Shown: positions 48,362 to 62,227 of the stretch, in pieces
Position numbering within the stretch: position 1 is the stretch's first letter
Layout: every line of letters begins with the position of its first letter
The notes under the pieces: model-generated
The model's input: only the letters and a program-made list of their open reading frames with translations
What the model was told of the DNA's origin: nothing
The model's database searches: none
Translations under genes and position numbers: made by a program
NCBI GenBank assembly: GCA_032159915.1
Contig: JAVHWH010000062.1
Coordinates: forward strand, 145 to 64,144
Reading direction: 5' to 3'
From: Mycobacterium sp.
Lineage (GTDB): Bacteria; Actinomycetota; Actinomycetes; Mycobacteriales; Mycobacteriaceae
DNA: 64,000 bases

Positions 48362-50110
48362 GTGATCACCCGGATGTCCGAGCTGTTCTTGCGCACACTG
48401 CGCGACGACCCCGCCGAAGCCGAAGTAGCCAGCCACAAATTGCTGATCCGCGCCGGTTACGTGCGACCGATCGCGCCGGGGCTCTACAGCTGGCTGCCGC
48501 TGGGCTTGCGGGTATTGCGCAACATCGAACGGGTCGTGCGTGAAGAGATGAACGCAATAGGCGGCCAGGAGATCCTGTTTCCGGCTCTGCTGCCGCGCGC
48601 GCCGTACGAGACGACGAACCGCTGGACCGAATACGGCGACGGAGTGTTTCGGCTCAAGGACCGTCGCGGCAACGACTACATGCTCGGACCCACCCACGAA
48701 GAACTCTTCGCGTTGACGGTCAAGGGTGAATACAGCTCCTACAAGGACTTTCCGCTCACGCTCTATCAAATCCAGACCAAGTACCGCGATGAGGCCCGCC
48801 CGCGTGCCGGCATCCTGCGGGGCCGCGAGTTCGTCATGAAGGACTCCTACTCTTTCGACATCGACGACAGCGGACTCAAGGACGCCTACCACGCACACCG
48901 CGAGGCCTACCAGCGGATCTTCGGTCGGCTGAACATCGACTATGTGATCGTGTCTGCGGTGTCGGGCGCCATGGGCGGCTCGGCCTCCGAGGAATTCCTG
49001 GCCGAGAGCCCGATCGGCGAAGACACCTTTGTGCGGTGCCCGGAGTCCGGTTACGCCGCAAACGTCGAGGCCGTCGTCACCGCGCGACCGGAAGCGCTGC
49101 CTGTCGACGGACAGCCCGACGCGGTGGTCCACGAGACCGGTAACACCCCGACCATCGCGACTCTTGTCGAGTGGGCCAACAGCGCCAACCTGGGCCGCAG
49201 CATCGCCGCCGCCGACACCCTGAAAAACGTGTTGCTGAAAGTGCGTCAGCCGGGCGGCGACTGGGAGCTGCTGGGCATCGGGATACCGGGTGACCGCGAG
49301 GTCGACGACAAACGGCTGGGTGCCGCGCTCGACCCGGCTGAGTACGCCCTGCTCGACGACGCCGACTTCGCCAGGCACCCTTTCCTGGTCAAGGGATATA
49401 TTGGCCCGAAAGCATTGTTGGACAACGGTGTTCGCTACCTCGTAGATCCGCGGATTGTCGACGGCACCAGTTGGATCACCGGGGCAGATCAGCAAGGCAA
49501 GCACGTGGTGGGTCTGGTGGCCGGTCGTGACTTCGTCGCCGACGGAACCATCGAGGCCGCCGAGGTGCGCGACGGCGACCCGTCTCCTGACGGCCGGGGC
49601 GCACTGGTCGCCGCGCGGGGGATCGAGATCGGCCACATTTTCCAGCTCGGCCGTAAATACACCGACGCCTTCACCGTCGATGTGCTCGGCGAGGACGGCA
49701 AGCCGGTCCGGCTGACCATGGGTTCCTACGGCGTCGGGGTGTCGCGGCTGGTGGCCGTCATCGCCGAGCAGCACCACGACGAGCTCGGGCTGCGCTGGCC
49801 GTCGGAGGTGTCGCCGTTCGACGTCCATCTGGTGATAGCCAACAAGGATGCCGAAGCCCGCACGGGTGCCACCACATTGGCCTCAGATCTGAATCGGCTG
49901 GGCATCGAGGTGCTGCTCGACGACCGGCAGGCGTCACCCGGAGTGAAGTTCAAAGACGCCGAGCTGCTCGGTGTGCCGTGGATCGTCGTGGTGGGACGCG
50001 GCTGGGCAGACGGCAAGGTCGAGCTGCGCAACCGATTCAGCGGAGACACCCGCGAAGTGCCGGTCGGGGCCGGGCTGGCCACCGACGTCGCCGCAGCCGT
50101 CTCCGCCTGA
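48362..50110 (+). CDS. proS: proline--tRNA ligase
   Basis: [24 protein letters not shown], insertion/editing domain. Confidence 0.98.
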   Translation: MITRMSELFLRTLRDDPAEAEVASHKLLIRAGYVRPIAPGLYSWLPLGLRVLRNIERVVREEMNAIGGQEILFPALLPRAPYETTNRWTEYGDGVFRLKDRRGNDYMLGPTHEELFALTVKGEYSSYKDFPLTLYQIQTKYRDEARPRAGILRGREFVMKDSYSFDIDDSGLKDAYHAHREAYQRIFGRLNIDYVIVSAVSGAMGGSASEEFLAESPIGEDTFVRCPESGYAANVEAVVTARPEALPVDGQPDAVVHETGNTPTIATLVEWANSANLGRSIAAADTLKNVLLKVRQPGGDWELLGIGIPGDREVDDKRLGAALDPAEYALLDDADFARHPFLVKGYIGPKALLDNGVRYLVDPRIVDGTSWITGADQQGKHVVGLVAGRDFVADGTIEAAEVRDGDPSPDGRGALVAARGIEIGHIFQLGRKYTDAFTVDVLGEDGKPVRLTMGSYGVGVSRLVAVIAEQHHDELGLRWPSEVSPFDVHLVIANKDAEARTGATTLASDLNRLGIEVLLDDRQASPGVKFKDAELLGVPWIVVVGRGWADGKVELRNRFSGDTREVPVGAGLATDVAAAVSA

Positions 50111-50587
50111 CTAATCGTCGCCGGGGAAGGCGGTGGTGATCGGCCAGTCGCCGAGCTGCTGCTTCCAGCGGGCGGCCAGCACCGCGCTCTGCGTCAGCGC
50201 TGCCACCCCGAATGTGCGGTCCTCGCTGCTCTGCGCCTGCTCGAGGAACGCACGCCAGGTGGCCGCGGTGTCGTTTTCCATCCGAACGGACAGGCGCAAA
50301 GCGTCGGTGGGCGTGTCGACCGGGATCGGCAGCTGGTAACCGGCGGCGGCCACCGGCGCCGCAACCTTACGGCCGGCCAGCATCGAGACGACCTGATCGC
50401 GACGTCCGCGGTGCTGAGCCAGAGCGGCCGACACCAGCGTGTTCATTTCCGGCGCGCAGTGCGCCGACACGAATCCGTAGCCGTAGACGACGGCATGTTC
50501 ATTGGCCAGCGCAGCGCACAACGCCGTGTCGGCGGGCCCGGAGGGGCCGGAGGGGGAGGTGGCCGGCGAGGGCTCAGCGGAGGTCAC
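50111..50587 (-). CDS. ferritin-like DUF4439 protein (Rv2844-like)
   Basis: EHAVVYGYG...H...MEND...AFPG. Confidence 0.85.
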   Translation of the reverse strand: MTSAEPSPATSPSGPSGPADTALCAALANEHAVVYGYGFVSAHCAPEMNTLVSAALAQHRGRRDQVVSMLAGRKVAAPVAAAGYQLPIPVDTPTDALRLSVRMENDTAATWRAFLEQAQSSEDRTFGVAALTQSAVLAARWKQQLGDWPITTAFPGDD

Positions 50588-51111
50588 GACGCGGCTGCTC
50601 CGAACACCAGCGCGACGCTGTAGGACGCCGTGCACGACGCGGCGATCGAGCCGAGCAACCCGGCGCGATACCCCGACGAGGTGCTCGCCAAGCTGGCGGC
50701 GCTGTCCGCCGAGGCACGTAGCGATGTCACCACGTCGGCCAGCGGCGGCGGCGGGCTCGCGGCCGCCGGCGCAGTGGTGGTCGGACTTGTGGTCCCGGCC
50801 GACGTTGACGTCGGGTGGACGGCAAGGCGCGCAATCTCGGTAGACAGGGCCTGCGCGTGCCGCGTGCGCTCGGCGGCAACCTGCGTCAGCGCCGTGCTGA
50901 CTGCCTGCGATGCGCCCGCGGACGCGGCGGTGGCCAGCTCAGTGTCGTGGCGCGCCAGAGTCAACTGCGCTTCGAGTTCGTCGACGGCCGGCGGCGCGGG
51001 CGGTGAACTGCACGCGGGCGCCGAGACCGCCAGCACGGCGAGCGCCACGCCGCCCGTCAACACCCGTCGTCGGTTGACGACCGGCTCGTAATCGGGGTCG
51101 GCACGCGGCAT
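50584..51111 (-). CDS. Ala-rich putative Tat lipoprotein (Rv2843-like)
   Basis: NRRRVL twin-Arg, Cys after the hydrophobic stretch, GYRAGLLGSIAASC. Confidence 0.8.
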   Translation of the reverse strand: MPRADPDYEPVVNRRRVLTGGVALAVLAVSAPACSSPPAPPAVDELEAQLTLARHDTELATAASAGASQAVSTALTQVAAERTRHAQALSTEIARLAVHPTSTSAGTTSPTTTAPAAASPPPPLADVVTSLRASADSAASLASTSSGYRAGLLGSIAASCTASYSVALVFGAAAS

Positions 51112-51280
51112 TGCCACATCCTGCCATTGCCCGCGGCGGCGGACTGTAATGCCAGGTGGCCTGGCCGCGATCACGTCTTACACCGTTTTCCTGGCGTATC
51201 CTTGAAAGCTGCTCGCCGGGAGCTCCATTCCTGGCACCGCAGGGCTGACTGACCGGACAACTCAAGATGAGGAGCTCGCC

Positions 51281-51823
51281 GTGGCCACCGGGCTACCGTC
51301 GCAGACGCAGGTGATCGAGCTGCTCGATGCTGAGTTCGCGCGCGCCGGCTACGAGATCGAAGACGTCGTCATCGACGAACGGTCGCAGCCGCCACGGATC
51401 ACCGTGATCGCCGACGGCGACACCGCACTCGACCTGGACACCGTCGCCGAGCTTTCTCGTTCGGCCTCGAACCTGCTGGATGCCGAGCGCGATATCGCTG
51501 GTACTTACGTTCTGGAAGTCAGCTCGCCGGGTGTAGACCGTCCGCTGACCAGTGAGAAGCACTTTCACCGCGCGCGGGGCCGCAAGATCGACCTGACGCT
51601 GACCGACGGGACCGACGTCAACGGGCGGGTCGGTGAGACCCGCGACGGCGTGGTGAACGTCGTTGTTCGCGACGGCCGCGACTGGAAGGTGCGGCCGATT
51701 CCATTCGAAGACATCATCAAAGCTGTTGTCCAGGTCGAGTTTTCACAGCCTCCGCAACGCGAGCTGGACCTCGCACAGGCCGACAGGGGCGATCGGAGTG
51801 CGGAAGCGGAGGGCAGAACATGA
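51281..51823 (+). CDS. rimP: ribosome maturation factor
   Basis: [14 protein letters not shown]. Confidence 0.95.
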   Translation: MATGLPSQTQVIELLDAEFARAGYEIEDVVIDERSQPPRITVIADGDTALDLDTVAELSRSASNLLDAERDIAGTYVLEVSSPGVDRPLTSEKHFHRARGRKIDLTLTDGTDVNGRVGETRDGVVNVVVRDGRDWKVRPIPFEDIIKAVVQVEFSQPPQRELDLAQADRGDRSAEAEGRT

Positions 51824-51888
51824 ACCCGCCGGCGACGATAGACAGGGCAGTGCGATCCGGGACGGGCGAGAGGAGCGGCGGCGCATGA
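51820..51888 (+). repeat. MIRU element containing a 22-aa coupling mini-ORF
   Basis: ATGAACCCGCCGGCGACGATAGACAGGGCAGTGCGATCCG...GAGGAGCGGCGGCGCATGA; ATGA overlaps the rimP stop and the nusA start. Confidence 0.88.
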
Positions 51889-52928
51889 ATATCGACATGG
51901 CCGCTCTGCACGCGATAGTCGTCGAGCGTGGTATCTCGTTCGACGATCTGCTCGAGGATGTCAAAGCCGCGGTGTTGAGCGCGTACCGGCACACCGAGGG
52001 GCATCAGCCGGATGCGCATATCGACATCGATCGCAAATCGGGCGGCGTTCGGGTGTTGGCCCGCGAGCTCGACGAAGACGGCAACGTGGTCAATGAGTGG
52101 GAGGACACGCCGGAGGGCTTCGGCAGGATCGCCGCAACCACCGCTCGGCAAGTGATGCTGCAGCGGCTCCGCGATGCCGAGAACGAACGCACCTACGGCG
52201 AGTTCTCCACCCATGAGGGGGAGATCGTCGCCGGCGTCATCCAGCGCGACAGTCGGGCCAACTCGCGGGGGCTGGTAGTCGTGCGGATGGGCAGCGAAAC
52301 GAAGGGCTCCGAGGGCGTTATTCCCGCGGCGGAGCAGGTTCCCGGCGAAGCCTACGAGCACGGCGACCGGTTGCGCTGCTACGTGGTTGGTGTGAGCCGC
52401 GGTGCCCGTGAGCCGGTGATCACGTTGTCGCGTACCCACCCCAACCTGGTCCGCAAGCTCTTCTCGCTGGAGGTTCCCGAGATCGCCGAGGGCTCGGTGG
52501 AGATTGTGGCGGTGGCCCGCGAAGCCGGCCACCGCTCCAAGATCGCGGTCGCATCGCGCGTACCGGGGCTGAACGCCAAGGGCGCCTGCATCGGCCCGAT
52601 GGGCCAGCGGGTGCGCAACGTGATGAGCGAGTTGTCCGGGGAGAAGATCGACATCATCGACTTCGACGAGGACCCGGCGCAGTTCGTCGCCAACGCGTTG
52701 TCGCCGGCGAAGGTGGTTTCGGTCACCGTGATCGACCAGAACGCCCGGGCCGCCCGGGTGGTGGTGCCCGACTTCCAGCTCTCGTTGGCCATCGGCAAGG
52801 AGGGTCAGAACGCGCGGCTTGCCGCCCGTCTGACCGGCTGGCGGATCGACATCCGCGGGGATTCACCGGACCAGGAGGACGGCCATCCCGAGCACGGCGC
52901 GACGCACGGGACGGCGCGCGACCTGTAG
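51885..52928 (+). CDS. nusA: transcription termination/antitermination factor
   Basis: [33 protein letters not shown]. Confidence 0.97.
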   Translation: MNIDMAALHAIVVERGISFDDLLEDVKAAVLSAYRHTEGHQPDAHIDIDRKSGGVRVLARELDEDGNVVNEWEDTPEGFGRIAATTARQVMLQRLRDAENERTYGEFSTHEGEIVAGVIQRDSRANSRGLVVVRMGSETKGSEGVIPAAEQVPGEAYEHGDRLRCYVVGVSRGAREPVITLSRTHPNLVRKLFSLEVPEIAEGSVEIVAVAREAGHRSKIAVASRVPGLNAKGACIGPMGQRVRNVMSELSGEKIDIIDFDEDPAQFVANALSPAKVVSVTVIDQNARAARVVVPDFQLSLAIGKEGQNARLAARLTGWRIDIRGDSPDQEDGHPEHGATHGTARDL

Positions 52929-52975
52929 CCATGCGGGTGGTGCTGACCACCCCTCGGGTGCAGGTAAACTAAGCC

Positions 52976-53344
52976 GTGATCCAGCGCGAGTCTTCAGCCT
53001 CGGCGCATCGACGTACCGAAGGACCGGTGCGGACCTGCGTCGGTTGCCGAAAGCGAGAGTTGGCCGTCGAACTGATCCGAGTGGTTGCTGTGTCGACTGG
53101 GAACGGTAAATACGCCGTGCGCGTTGACTCAGCAGGTACTCTGCCGGGGCGGGGTGCTTGGTTGCATCCCGTGCCACAGTGCGCCAGAGAAGCAATCCGG
53201 CGGCGAGCTTTTGCTCGTGCGCTGCGCATCGCCGGCGCACCGGAAACGTCAGCGGTGGTCGAGCACCTAGAGTCTCGGAAAGGCTCTGGATGCGCCGGCC
53301 ATCGCGCCAACAGACAGGCAGCAAAGAACATGAGCACACCGTGA
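52976..53344 (+). CDS. ylxR: YlxR (DUF448) RNA-binding protein
   Basis: PVRTCVGCR, GRGAW. Confidence 0.9.
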   Translation: MIQRESSASAHRRTEGPVRTCVGCRKRELAVELIRVVAVSTGNGKYAVRVDSAGTLPGRGAWLHPVPQCAREAIRRRAFARALRIAGAPETSAVVEHLESRKGSGCAGHRANRQAAKNMSTP

Positions 53345-53422
53345 AGTCCCGATGACCATGTGTCATAGCTAAACCCGAGGCGCGGCCTACCCACCGCTGT
53401 CGCCTCATAGACAGGAGATGTA

Positions 53423-56125
53423 GTGGCAGGCAAGGCCCGCGTACACGAGTTAGCGAAGGAACTCGGTGTTACGAGCAAGGAAGTACTAGCCCGGTTAGGC
53501 GAACAGGGCGAATTCGTTAAATCCGCATCGTCGACGGTGGAAGCACCCGTCGCGCGGCGACTGCGTGAGTCATTCGGCGGCAGCAAGCCCGCACCGGAGA
53601 AGACGTCCGGCAATGGTGCGGGGGCCGCAACGCCCGCCGCCAAAGCCGCGGCTCCGGCGGCCAAGCCCGCCGCGCCCAAACCCGCTGCACCGCCCGCGCC
53701 TGAGCCGCCGGCGCCGCAGCCGGCACCGGTTGTCGAACAGCCGCCCGCTGCTGCAGCAACTCCGGCGCCGAGTCCCACTCGCCCCGGCCCGACACCGGGT
53801 CCGCGACCGGTGGCTCCGAAGCCGGCGGCCCGGACGCCGCGCGTCGGAAACAACCCGTTCTCCTCGGCGCAGCCCGTGGAGCGGGCAATTCCCCGTCCGC
53901 AAGCACCACGCCCGGGTGCGCCGCGTCCCGGCGCCCCGCGTCCCGGTGGCGCCTCACCAGGCAACATGCCCCCGCGCCCGGCTGGCGCTGCTAGTCGCCC
54001 GCCGCGTCCCGGTGGTCCACGACCCGGCCCCGGCGGCCGTCCTGGTGCTCCGGCCGGTGGCGGACGCCCCGGCGGCGGTGGTGGCGGTAACTACCGCGGC
54101 GGCGGTGGTGGTGGTGGCGGAGTCGGTGCCCCACCCGCAGGCGGCGGCGGCGGTTACCGTGGCCGTCCCGGCGGCGGAGGCGGTGGACGCCCCGGCCAGC
54201 GCGGTGGTGCTGCCGGCGCATTCGGGCGTCCGGGCGGTGCACCGCGCCGTGGCCGCAAGTCGAAGCGGGCCAAACGCGCCGAATACGAGAACATGCAGGC
54301 CCCGGTCGTCGGTGGTGTGCGGTTGCCGCACGGCAACGGCGAGACGATCCGTCTTGCTCGTGGCGCATCGCTGTCCGACTTCGCCGAGAAGATCGACGCC
54401 AACCCGGCTTCGCTGGTGCAGGCGCTGTTCAACCTCGGCGAGATGGTGACGGCCACGCAATCGGTCGGCGACGAGACGCTCGAGCTGCTGGGCAGCGAGA
54501 TGAACTACGTCGTCCAGGTCGTCAGCCCTGAGGACGAGGACCGCGAGCTGCTGGAGTCCTTCGACCTGACCTACGGCGAAGACGAAGGCACCGAGGAAGA
54601 CCTGCAGACCCGGCCGCCGGTGGTGACGGTCATGGGTCATGTCGACCACGGTAAGACACGACTGCTGGACACCATCCGAAATGCCAGCGTCCGCGAGGGC
54701 GAGGCCGGTGGCATCACCCAGCACATCGGTGCTTACCAGGTGGCCGTCAATTTCGAGGGCACCGAGCGGCCGATCACCTTCATCGACACACCGGGTCACG
54801 AGGCGTTCACCGCCATGCGTGCCCGCGGTGCCAAGGCCACCGACATTGCGATCCTGGTGGTCGCCGCCGACGACGGCGTGATGCCACAGACGGTGGAGGC
54901 GATCAACCACGCGCAGGCGGCCGACGTGCCGATCGTGGTGGCGGTCAACAAGATCGACAAGGAAGGCGCCGACCCGCAGAAAATCCGGGCTCAGCTGACC
55001 GAATACAACTTGGTGGCTGAGGACTTCGGTGGTGACACCATGTTCGTCGACATCTCCGCGAAGGCCGGCACCAACATCGAGGCGCTGGAAGAGGCGGTGC
55101 TGTTGACCGCCGACGCCGCGTTGGACCTGCGGGCCAACCCGGACATGGAGGCTCAGGGTGTGGCGATCGAAGCGCACCTCGACCGTGGTCGCGGCCCCGT
55201 GGCCACCGTGCTGATCCAGCGCGGAACGCTGCGGGTGGGTGACTCGATCGTGGCCGGCGACGCGTACGGCCGTGTTCGACGGATGGTCGACGAGCACGGC
55301 GAGGACGTCCACGAGGCATTGCCGTCGCGGCCCGTCCAGGTCATCGGCTTCACGTCGGTGCCCGGCGCCGGTGACAACCTGCTCGTCGTCGACGAGGACC
55401 GGATCGCCCGGCAGATCGCCGACCGGCGCAGCGCCCGCAAGCGCAACGCGCTGGCGGCACGGTCCCGCAAGCGCATCAGCCTGGACGATCTGGATGCCGC
55501 GCTGAAGGAAACCAGTCAGCTGAACCTGATCCTGAAGGGCGACAACTCCGGAACCGTCGAGGCTCTGGAGGAAGCCCTGCTCGGCATCGAGATCGACGAC
55601 GAGGTGGAACTGCGGGTCATCGACCGCGGTGTCGGTGGAGTCACCGAGACCAACGTCAACCTGGCCTCGGCTTCCGACGCGATCATCATCGGGTTCAACG
55701 TCCGCGCGGAGGGCAAAGCCACCGAGTTGGCCAACCGCGAGGGTGTGGACATCCGCTACTACTCGGTGATCTACCAGGCCATCGACGAGATCCAGAGCGC
55801 GCTGAAGGGCATGCTCAAGCCGATCTACGAAGAGAGGCAGCTGGGTCGCGCCGAAATCCGCGCGCTGTTCCGATCGTCGAAGGTCGGGATCATCGCGGGT
55901 TGCCTGGTTCAATCCGGCATCGTGCGCCGCAACGCCAAGGCTCGGTTGCTGCGGGACAACATCGTGGTGGCCGAAAACCTCACGGTGTCCTCGTTGCGGC
56001 GGGAGAAGGACGATGTCACCGAGGTCCGCGAAGGTTACGAATGCGGTTTGACGCTGACCTACTCCGACCTCAAAGAGGGCGACGTCATCGAGACCTACGA
56101 GTTGGTGGAGAAGGAGCGCGTCTGA
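53423..56125 (+). CDS. infB: translation initiation factor IF-2
   Basis: [27 protein letters not shown]. Confidence 0.99.
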   Translation: MAGKARVHELAKELGVTSKEVLARLGEQGEFVKSASSTVEAPVARRLRESFGGSKPAPEKTSGNGAGAATPAAKAAAPAAKPAAPKPAAPPAPEPPAPQPAPVVEQPPAAAATPAPSPTRPGPTPGPRPVAPKPAARTPRVGNNPFSSAQPVERAIPRPQAPRPGAPRPGAPRPGGASPGNMPPRPAGAASRPPRPGGPRPGPGGRPGAPAGGGRPGGGGGGNYRGGGGGGGGVGAPPAGGGGGYRGRPGGGGGGRPGQRGGAAGAFGRPGGAPRRGRKSKRAKRAEYENMQAPVVGGVRLPHGNGETIRLARGASLSDFAEKIDANPASLVQALFNLGEMVTATQSVGDETLELLGSEMNYVVQVVSPEDEDRELLESFDLTYGEDEGTEEDLQTRPPVVTVMGHVDHGKTRLLDTIRNASVREGEAGGITQHIGAYQVAVNFEGTERPITFIDTPGHEAFTAMRARGAKATDIAILVVAADDGVMPQTVEAINHAQAADVPIVVAVNKIDKEGADPQKIRAQLTEYNLVAEDFGGDTMFVDISAKAGTNIEALEEAVLLTADAALDLRANPDMEAQGVAIEAHLDRGRGPVATVLIQRGTLRVGDSIVAGDAYGRVRRMVDEHGEDVHEALPSRPVQVIGFTSVPGAGDNLLVVDEDRIARQIADRRSARKRNALAARSRKRISLDDLDAALKETSQLNLILKGDNSGTVEALEEALLGIEIDDEVELRVIDRGVGGVTETNVNLASASDAIIIGFNVRAEGKATELANREGVDIRYYSVIYQAIDEIQSALKGMLKPIYEERQLGRAEIRALFRSSKVGIIAGCLVQSGIVRRNAKARLLRDNIVVAENLTVSSLRREKDDVTEVREGYECGLTLTYSDLKEGDVIETYELVEKERV

Positions 56126-56155
56126 GTATGAACTCCGACAAGCTGAACCTGCGGC

Positions 56156-58966
<2,811 letters not shown>

Positions 58967-58975
58967 GCACCAAGC

Positions 58976-59569
58976 ATGCCCAGTCAGCGCGAGCGAATGC
59001 TCAACGGCGAACCATACCGTGCCGATGATCCCGAACTGGTAGCCAGCCGCCGGGCGTGTCAGCACCTGGTCGGGCTGTTCAACTCCGGGCAGTCCGGCGG
59101 GGAAGGAAGCCGACAGGTACTGCGCCAGTTGCTCGGATCCCTGGGCGAGGGGTCGGAGATACTGTCGCGATTCCAATGCGACTACGGCACCCACATCACC
59201 ATCGGCACCGGCTGCTTCATCAACTACGACGCGATCTTTCTCGACTGCGCGTCGATCACCATCGGCGACAACGTGTCGATCGGCCCACGCGCGCAACTTG
59301 TTACGGCTCTTCATCCCGTCGATGACCGTGAGGCCCGACGAGCGGGCTGGGAGTCCGCGGCCCCGATCACCATCGGCGACAACGTATGGCTGGCCGCCGG
59401 AATCATCGTTTGTTTCGGCGTGACCATCGGCAACGACACGGTAATCGGGGTCGGCAGTGTTGTCACCAAGGATGTACCGGCCGGTGTGCTGGCGGCCGGT
59501 AACCCCTGCCGAGTCATCAGAGCGCTTGCCGATCACTCGGGCTGGCCGCCGGGGGTTCAGCGCACCTGA
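58976..59569 (+). CDS. sugar O-acetyltransferase (Maa/LacA hexapeptide family)
   Basis: CDYGTHI, PITIGDNVW, VVTKDVP, GNPCRVIR. Confidence 0.9.
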   Translation: MPSQRERMLNGEPYRADDPELVASRRACQHLVGLFNSGQSGGEGSRQVLRQLLGSLGEGSEILSRFQCDYGTHITIGTGCFINYDAIFLDCASITIGDNVSIGPRAQLVTALHPVDDREARRAGWESAAPITIGDNVWLAAGIIVCFGVTIGNDTVIGVGSVVTKDVPAGVLAAGNPCRVIRALADHSGWPPGVQRT

Positions 59570-60306
59570 GCGCGACCGCGCTGCAGCACCGCCTCGCGGT
59601 TGGCGGCAATGTCGTCACCGGAGGTCCGAAACGCCCGCGCCGCAGTGGCTTCCAGCCACAAGCCCTCACTGGTGTTCGACTCGTCGATGCGGTGATACGA
59701 CGACAACAGTGCCCGCACCGCGCCCTGGTTGTTGCCGACGATGCTGTCGGCCACCTTGCGTGCGGCGGGCAGCAACTCGTCGTGTGGCACCACCTCAGTG
59801 ACCAGGCCGGCGCGCAGTGCGTCGGGCGCGGACAGGTAATCACCGGTCAAACTCATTCGACGGGCCAGCCCGATGCCGACTTTCTGGGGGAGACGCACAC
59901 TGAGCCCCCACGTGGGCAGCAGCCCGACGCGGGCATGGGTGTCGGCGAATCGCGCCTGCTCGGACGCGATCAGGATGTCGCAGTACAGCGTCAGCTCGAG
60001 CCCGCCGGTGACGGCGGCGCCGTTGATCGCGCCGATGACGGGTTTGCTCATCGCCGGCCAGCGCGGCGAGATGTCGGGTAGCGCCGTTTGTCCGCCCAGT
60101 TCTTTGAGGTCCAGACCGGCACAGAAGACCGGGTCAGTACCGGTGACGATGAGGACGTCGACGTCGTCGTCGGTTTCGGCGTCGGCAAGGGCGCCGAAGA
60201 ACTGGTCCCGCAGGGCGGCCGACAATGCGTTACGCGATTGCGGCCGGTTCAGGGTTAGGGTTCGTACCCGCTCGTCAGTGTGGATCAACAGACTGTCGTC
60301 GGTCAT
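59557..60306 (-). CDS. enoyl-CoA hydratase family (EchA16-like)
   Basis: LNRPQSRNAL, FCAGLDL, GGLEL. Confidence 0.92.
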   Translation of the reverse strand: MTDDSLLIHTDERVRTLTLNRPQSRNALSAALRDQFFGALADAETDDDVDVLIVTGTDPVFCAGLDLKELGGQTALPDISPRWPAMSKPVIGAINGAAVTGGLELTLYCDILIASEQARFADTHARVGLLPTWGLSVRLPQKVGIGLARRMSLTGDYLSAPDALRAGLVTEVVPHDELLPAARKVADSIVGNNQGAVRALLSSYHRIDESNTSEGLWLEATAARAFRTSGDDIAANREAVLQRGRAQVR

Positions 60307-60415
60307 TTACGCCGCTCCTCCTCTTTGCTCCGCGCTGCATCGTCGTCGGCGCGCGTCATATGGCCACCGTAGTCAGTCCGCCTCCTCACGAGCCGACCCC
60401 ACCTATCGTTGAGGG

Positions 60416-60664
60416 ATGTGCCGGAACATCACTGAATTACGCGGGCTCGAGCCACCGGCGTCCACTGCGGAGATCGAGGCGGCGGCCAGGCAGTACGTGC
60501 GCAAGGTCAGCGGCTTCACTCGGCCGTCGTCGGCCAACGCCGAGGCCTTCGAGGTGGCGGTGGCCGAGGTCGCCGCGACGACGACGCGGCTGCTGCACGC
60601 ACTACCGGAGCGTCGCCAACCCCCCAAGACCGATCCGCCGTTGCGCCGCCTCGCGAGCACGTGA
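60416..60664 (+). CDS. DUF2277 protein
   Basis: MCRNITELR...AAARQYVRKVSG. Confidence 0.85.
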   Translation: MCRNITELRGLEPPASTAEIEAAARQYVRKVSGFTRPSSANAEAFEVAVAEVAATTTRLLHALPERRQPPKTDPPLRRLAST

Positions 60665-61215
60665 CAGTCACCGCACTCAAGGAGTGGAGCGCCGTCGTCC
60701 ACGCGTTGCTCGGTGGTCGGCAACAGGTGCTGCTGCGTAAGGGCGGGATCGGGGAGAAGCGTTTCGACATCACAGTGGCCCGCGAATTCCTGCTGTTCCC
60801 GACCGTCGCGCACAGCCACGCCGAGCGGGTGCGGCCGGAGTTCCATCAGTTGGTGACCGAAGCGGAGCCCGACAGTCGCGAGGACCGCCTCATCGTGCGG
60901 GCAGCCGCGAAAGTTGTTGCATCGCTGACAGTCAACCGGCCAGACAACCTCGAGGCGATCGAGGACCTGCACATCTGGACCGCCGACTCGGTGCGCAGGG
61001 ATCGACTGGACTTCCGTCCGAAGCATCGGCTCGCCGTGTTGGTCGTGCAGGTCAGCCCGCTGCTCGAGCCGGTGGAGCTGCCACGAAGTCCGGACTATGC
61101 CGGCTGCACCAGCTGGGTGCCGCTGCCGCTGGTCAATACGCCGCTCGGCGCGCCGGTGCATGACGAGGCGGCACTGCGTGACATTGCTGGGCGCGTCCGG
61201 GCCGCGGTCGAATAA
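60661..61215 (+). CDS. DUF1802 protein (Rv2828c-like)
   Basis: ALKEW, LLRKGGI, YAGCTSW. Confidence 0.87.
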   Translation: MTVTALKEWSAVVHALLGGRQQVLLRKGGIGEKRFDITVAREFLLFPTVAHSHAERVRPEFHQLVTEAEPDSREDRLIVRAAAKVVASLTVNRPDNLEAIEDLHIWTADSVRRDRLDFRPKHRLAVLVVQVSPLLEPVELPRSPDYAGCTSWVPLPLVNTPLGAPVHDEAALRDIAGRVRAAVE

Positions 61216-61234
61216 GTCTGACCTGCAGCCGCTT

Positions 61235-62227
61235 TCACGGAGTGTGATCGACAAGCACCGCGCCGGCGGGCCAATCGCCGAACGTGCACAGCGACGTCGG
61301 CTCGCCAGAGGCAGTCAGCCGCACGACATCCGCCAGCTGCTCTGGAGCGTCGCACTGCAGATAGTGGTCGGCGCTCGGCAGGATCCAGTAACGGTTCAGG
61401 CCAGGCTTGCTCCTGAGGAACTCCTGCCACACGTAGTTGGCGACCCGGACTGGGGCGACATTGTCGTGCAGGCCCCACACCAGAGTGGTGTTGACGTCGC
61501 TGGCGAAAAGAGCTTGGAGCCAGTTGGTTTCGTCAGCAGCGCGCTCGTTGAGGTATTGAATCGTGTCCGGTAGTACGGCCATCTGATCGTTGTGCGCAAA
61601 GCACTGCGCCACCGCGGCGATCTCGGGATCGGCCAGCCCTCGCCGCGGCATGAACGTCGTCGCGCCCATGCCCGCGGCCAACATCTCCGGCGTGGTAGCG
61701 CGCGCGGTGCTGCGCGCGACGGTCGGGTCCAGCAGTGCCTTCTGAAAACCGGTCAGATTGGCAAGTGGGAGGTAGATGTTCGCATTGGTGAAGATGACCT
61801 CGGACGGCGGGCTGGCATCCGCGAGGGCAGCGAACATCGACAGCGCGATCATGCCGACGCTGGTACCGCGGTCATGAGTCAACATCGTGTAATCGGTCAG
61901 CTGCCAGAGATGCGTGATCGCATGAACCAGCAGCCGCGCATCGTCGTACAGCGAATACACGTACGGCGCAGACGGTTTGTCGGACAGTCCGTAACCGGGA
62001 AAGTCGAGCAGATAGATGTCGAAATCGGCATCCAGTTCTCGGGTGAGCGCGTGAAAGTCGATACTTGCCGTCGGAAAGCCGTGCACGCAGACCAATGCCG
62101 GTGCTCCGGGGGTGCCGCAGCGGCGGCTGAACACGGTGACGTCCGCGCCGGAGTTCGGGGCAGTCGTCGACTGCCAGTGGAATTCGGTCCCACCGCTTCG
62201 CCACTCATCGAAGACGGTCATCAGCAC
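61235..62227 (-). CDS. alpha/beta hydrolase, epoxide hydrolase/MEST-like
   Basis: HGFPT, DFPGYGLSDKP, HDRG (Asp nucleophile). Confidence 0.85.
   Translation of the reverse strand: MLMTVFDEWRSGGTEFHWQSTTAPNSGADVTVFSRRCGTPGAPALVCVHGFPTASIDFHALTRELDADFDIYLLDFPGYGLSDKPSAPYVYSLYDDARLLVHAITHLWQLTDYTMLTHDRGTSVGMIALSMFAALADASPPSEVIFTNANIYLPLANLTGFQKALLDPTVARSTARATTPEMLAAGMGATTFMPRRGLADPEIAAVAQCFAHNDQMAVLPDTIQYLNERAADETNWLQALFASDVNTTLVWGLHDNVAPVRVANYVWQEFLRSKPGLNRYWILPSADHYLQCDAPEQLADVVRLTASGEPTSLCTFGDWPAGAVLVDHTP

Noticed and set aside
51663-51884. Extended nusA start (421-aa call)
   Set aside because: It reads through the rimP end and the MIRU; the conserved start MNIDM is at 51885.
53620-54260. 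Pro/Ala/Gly low-complexity repeats
   Set aside because: Normal N-terminal region of actinobacterial IF-2, not PGRS or a mobile repeat.
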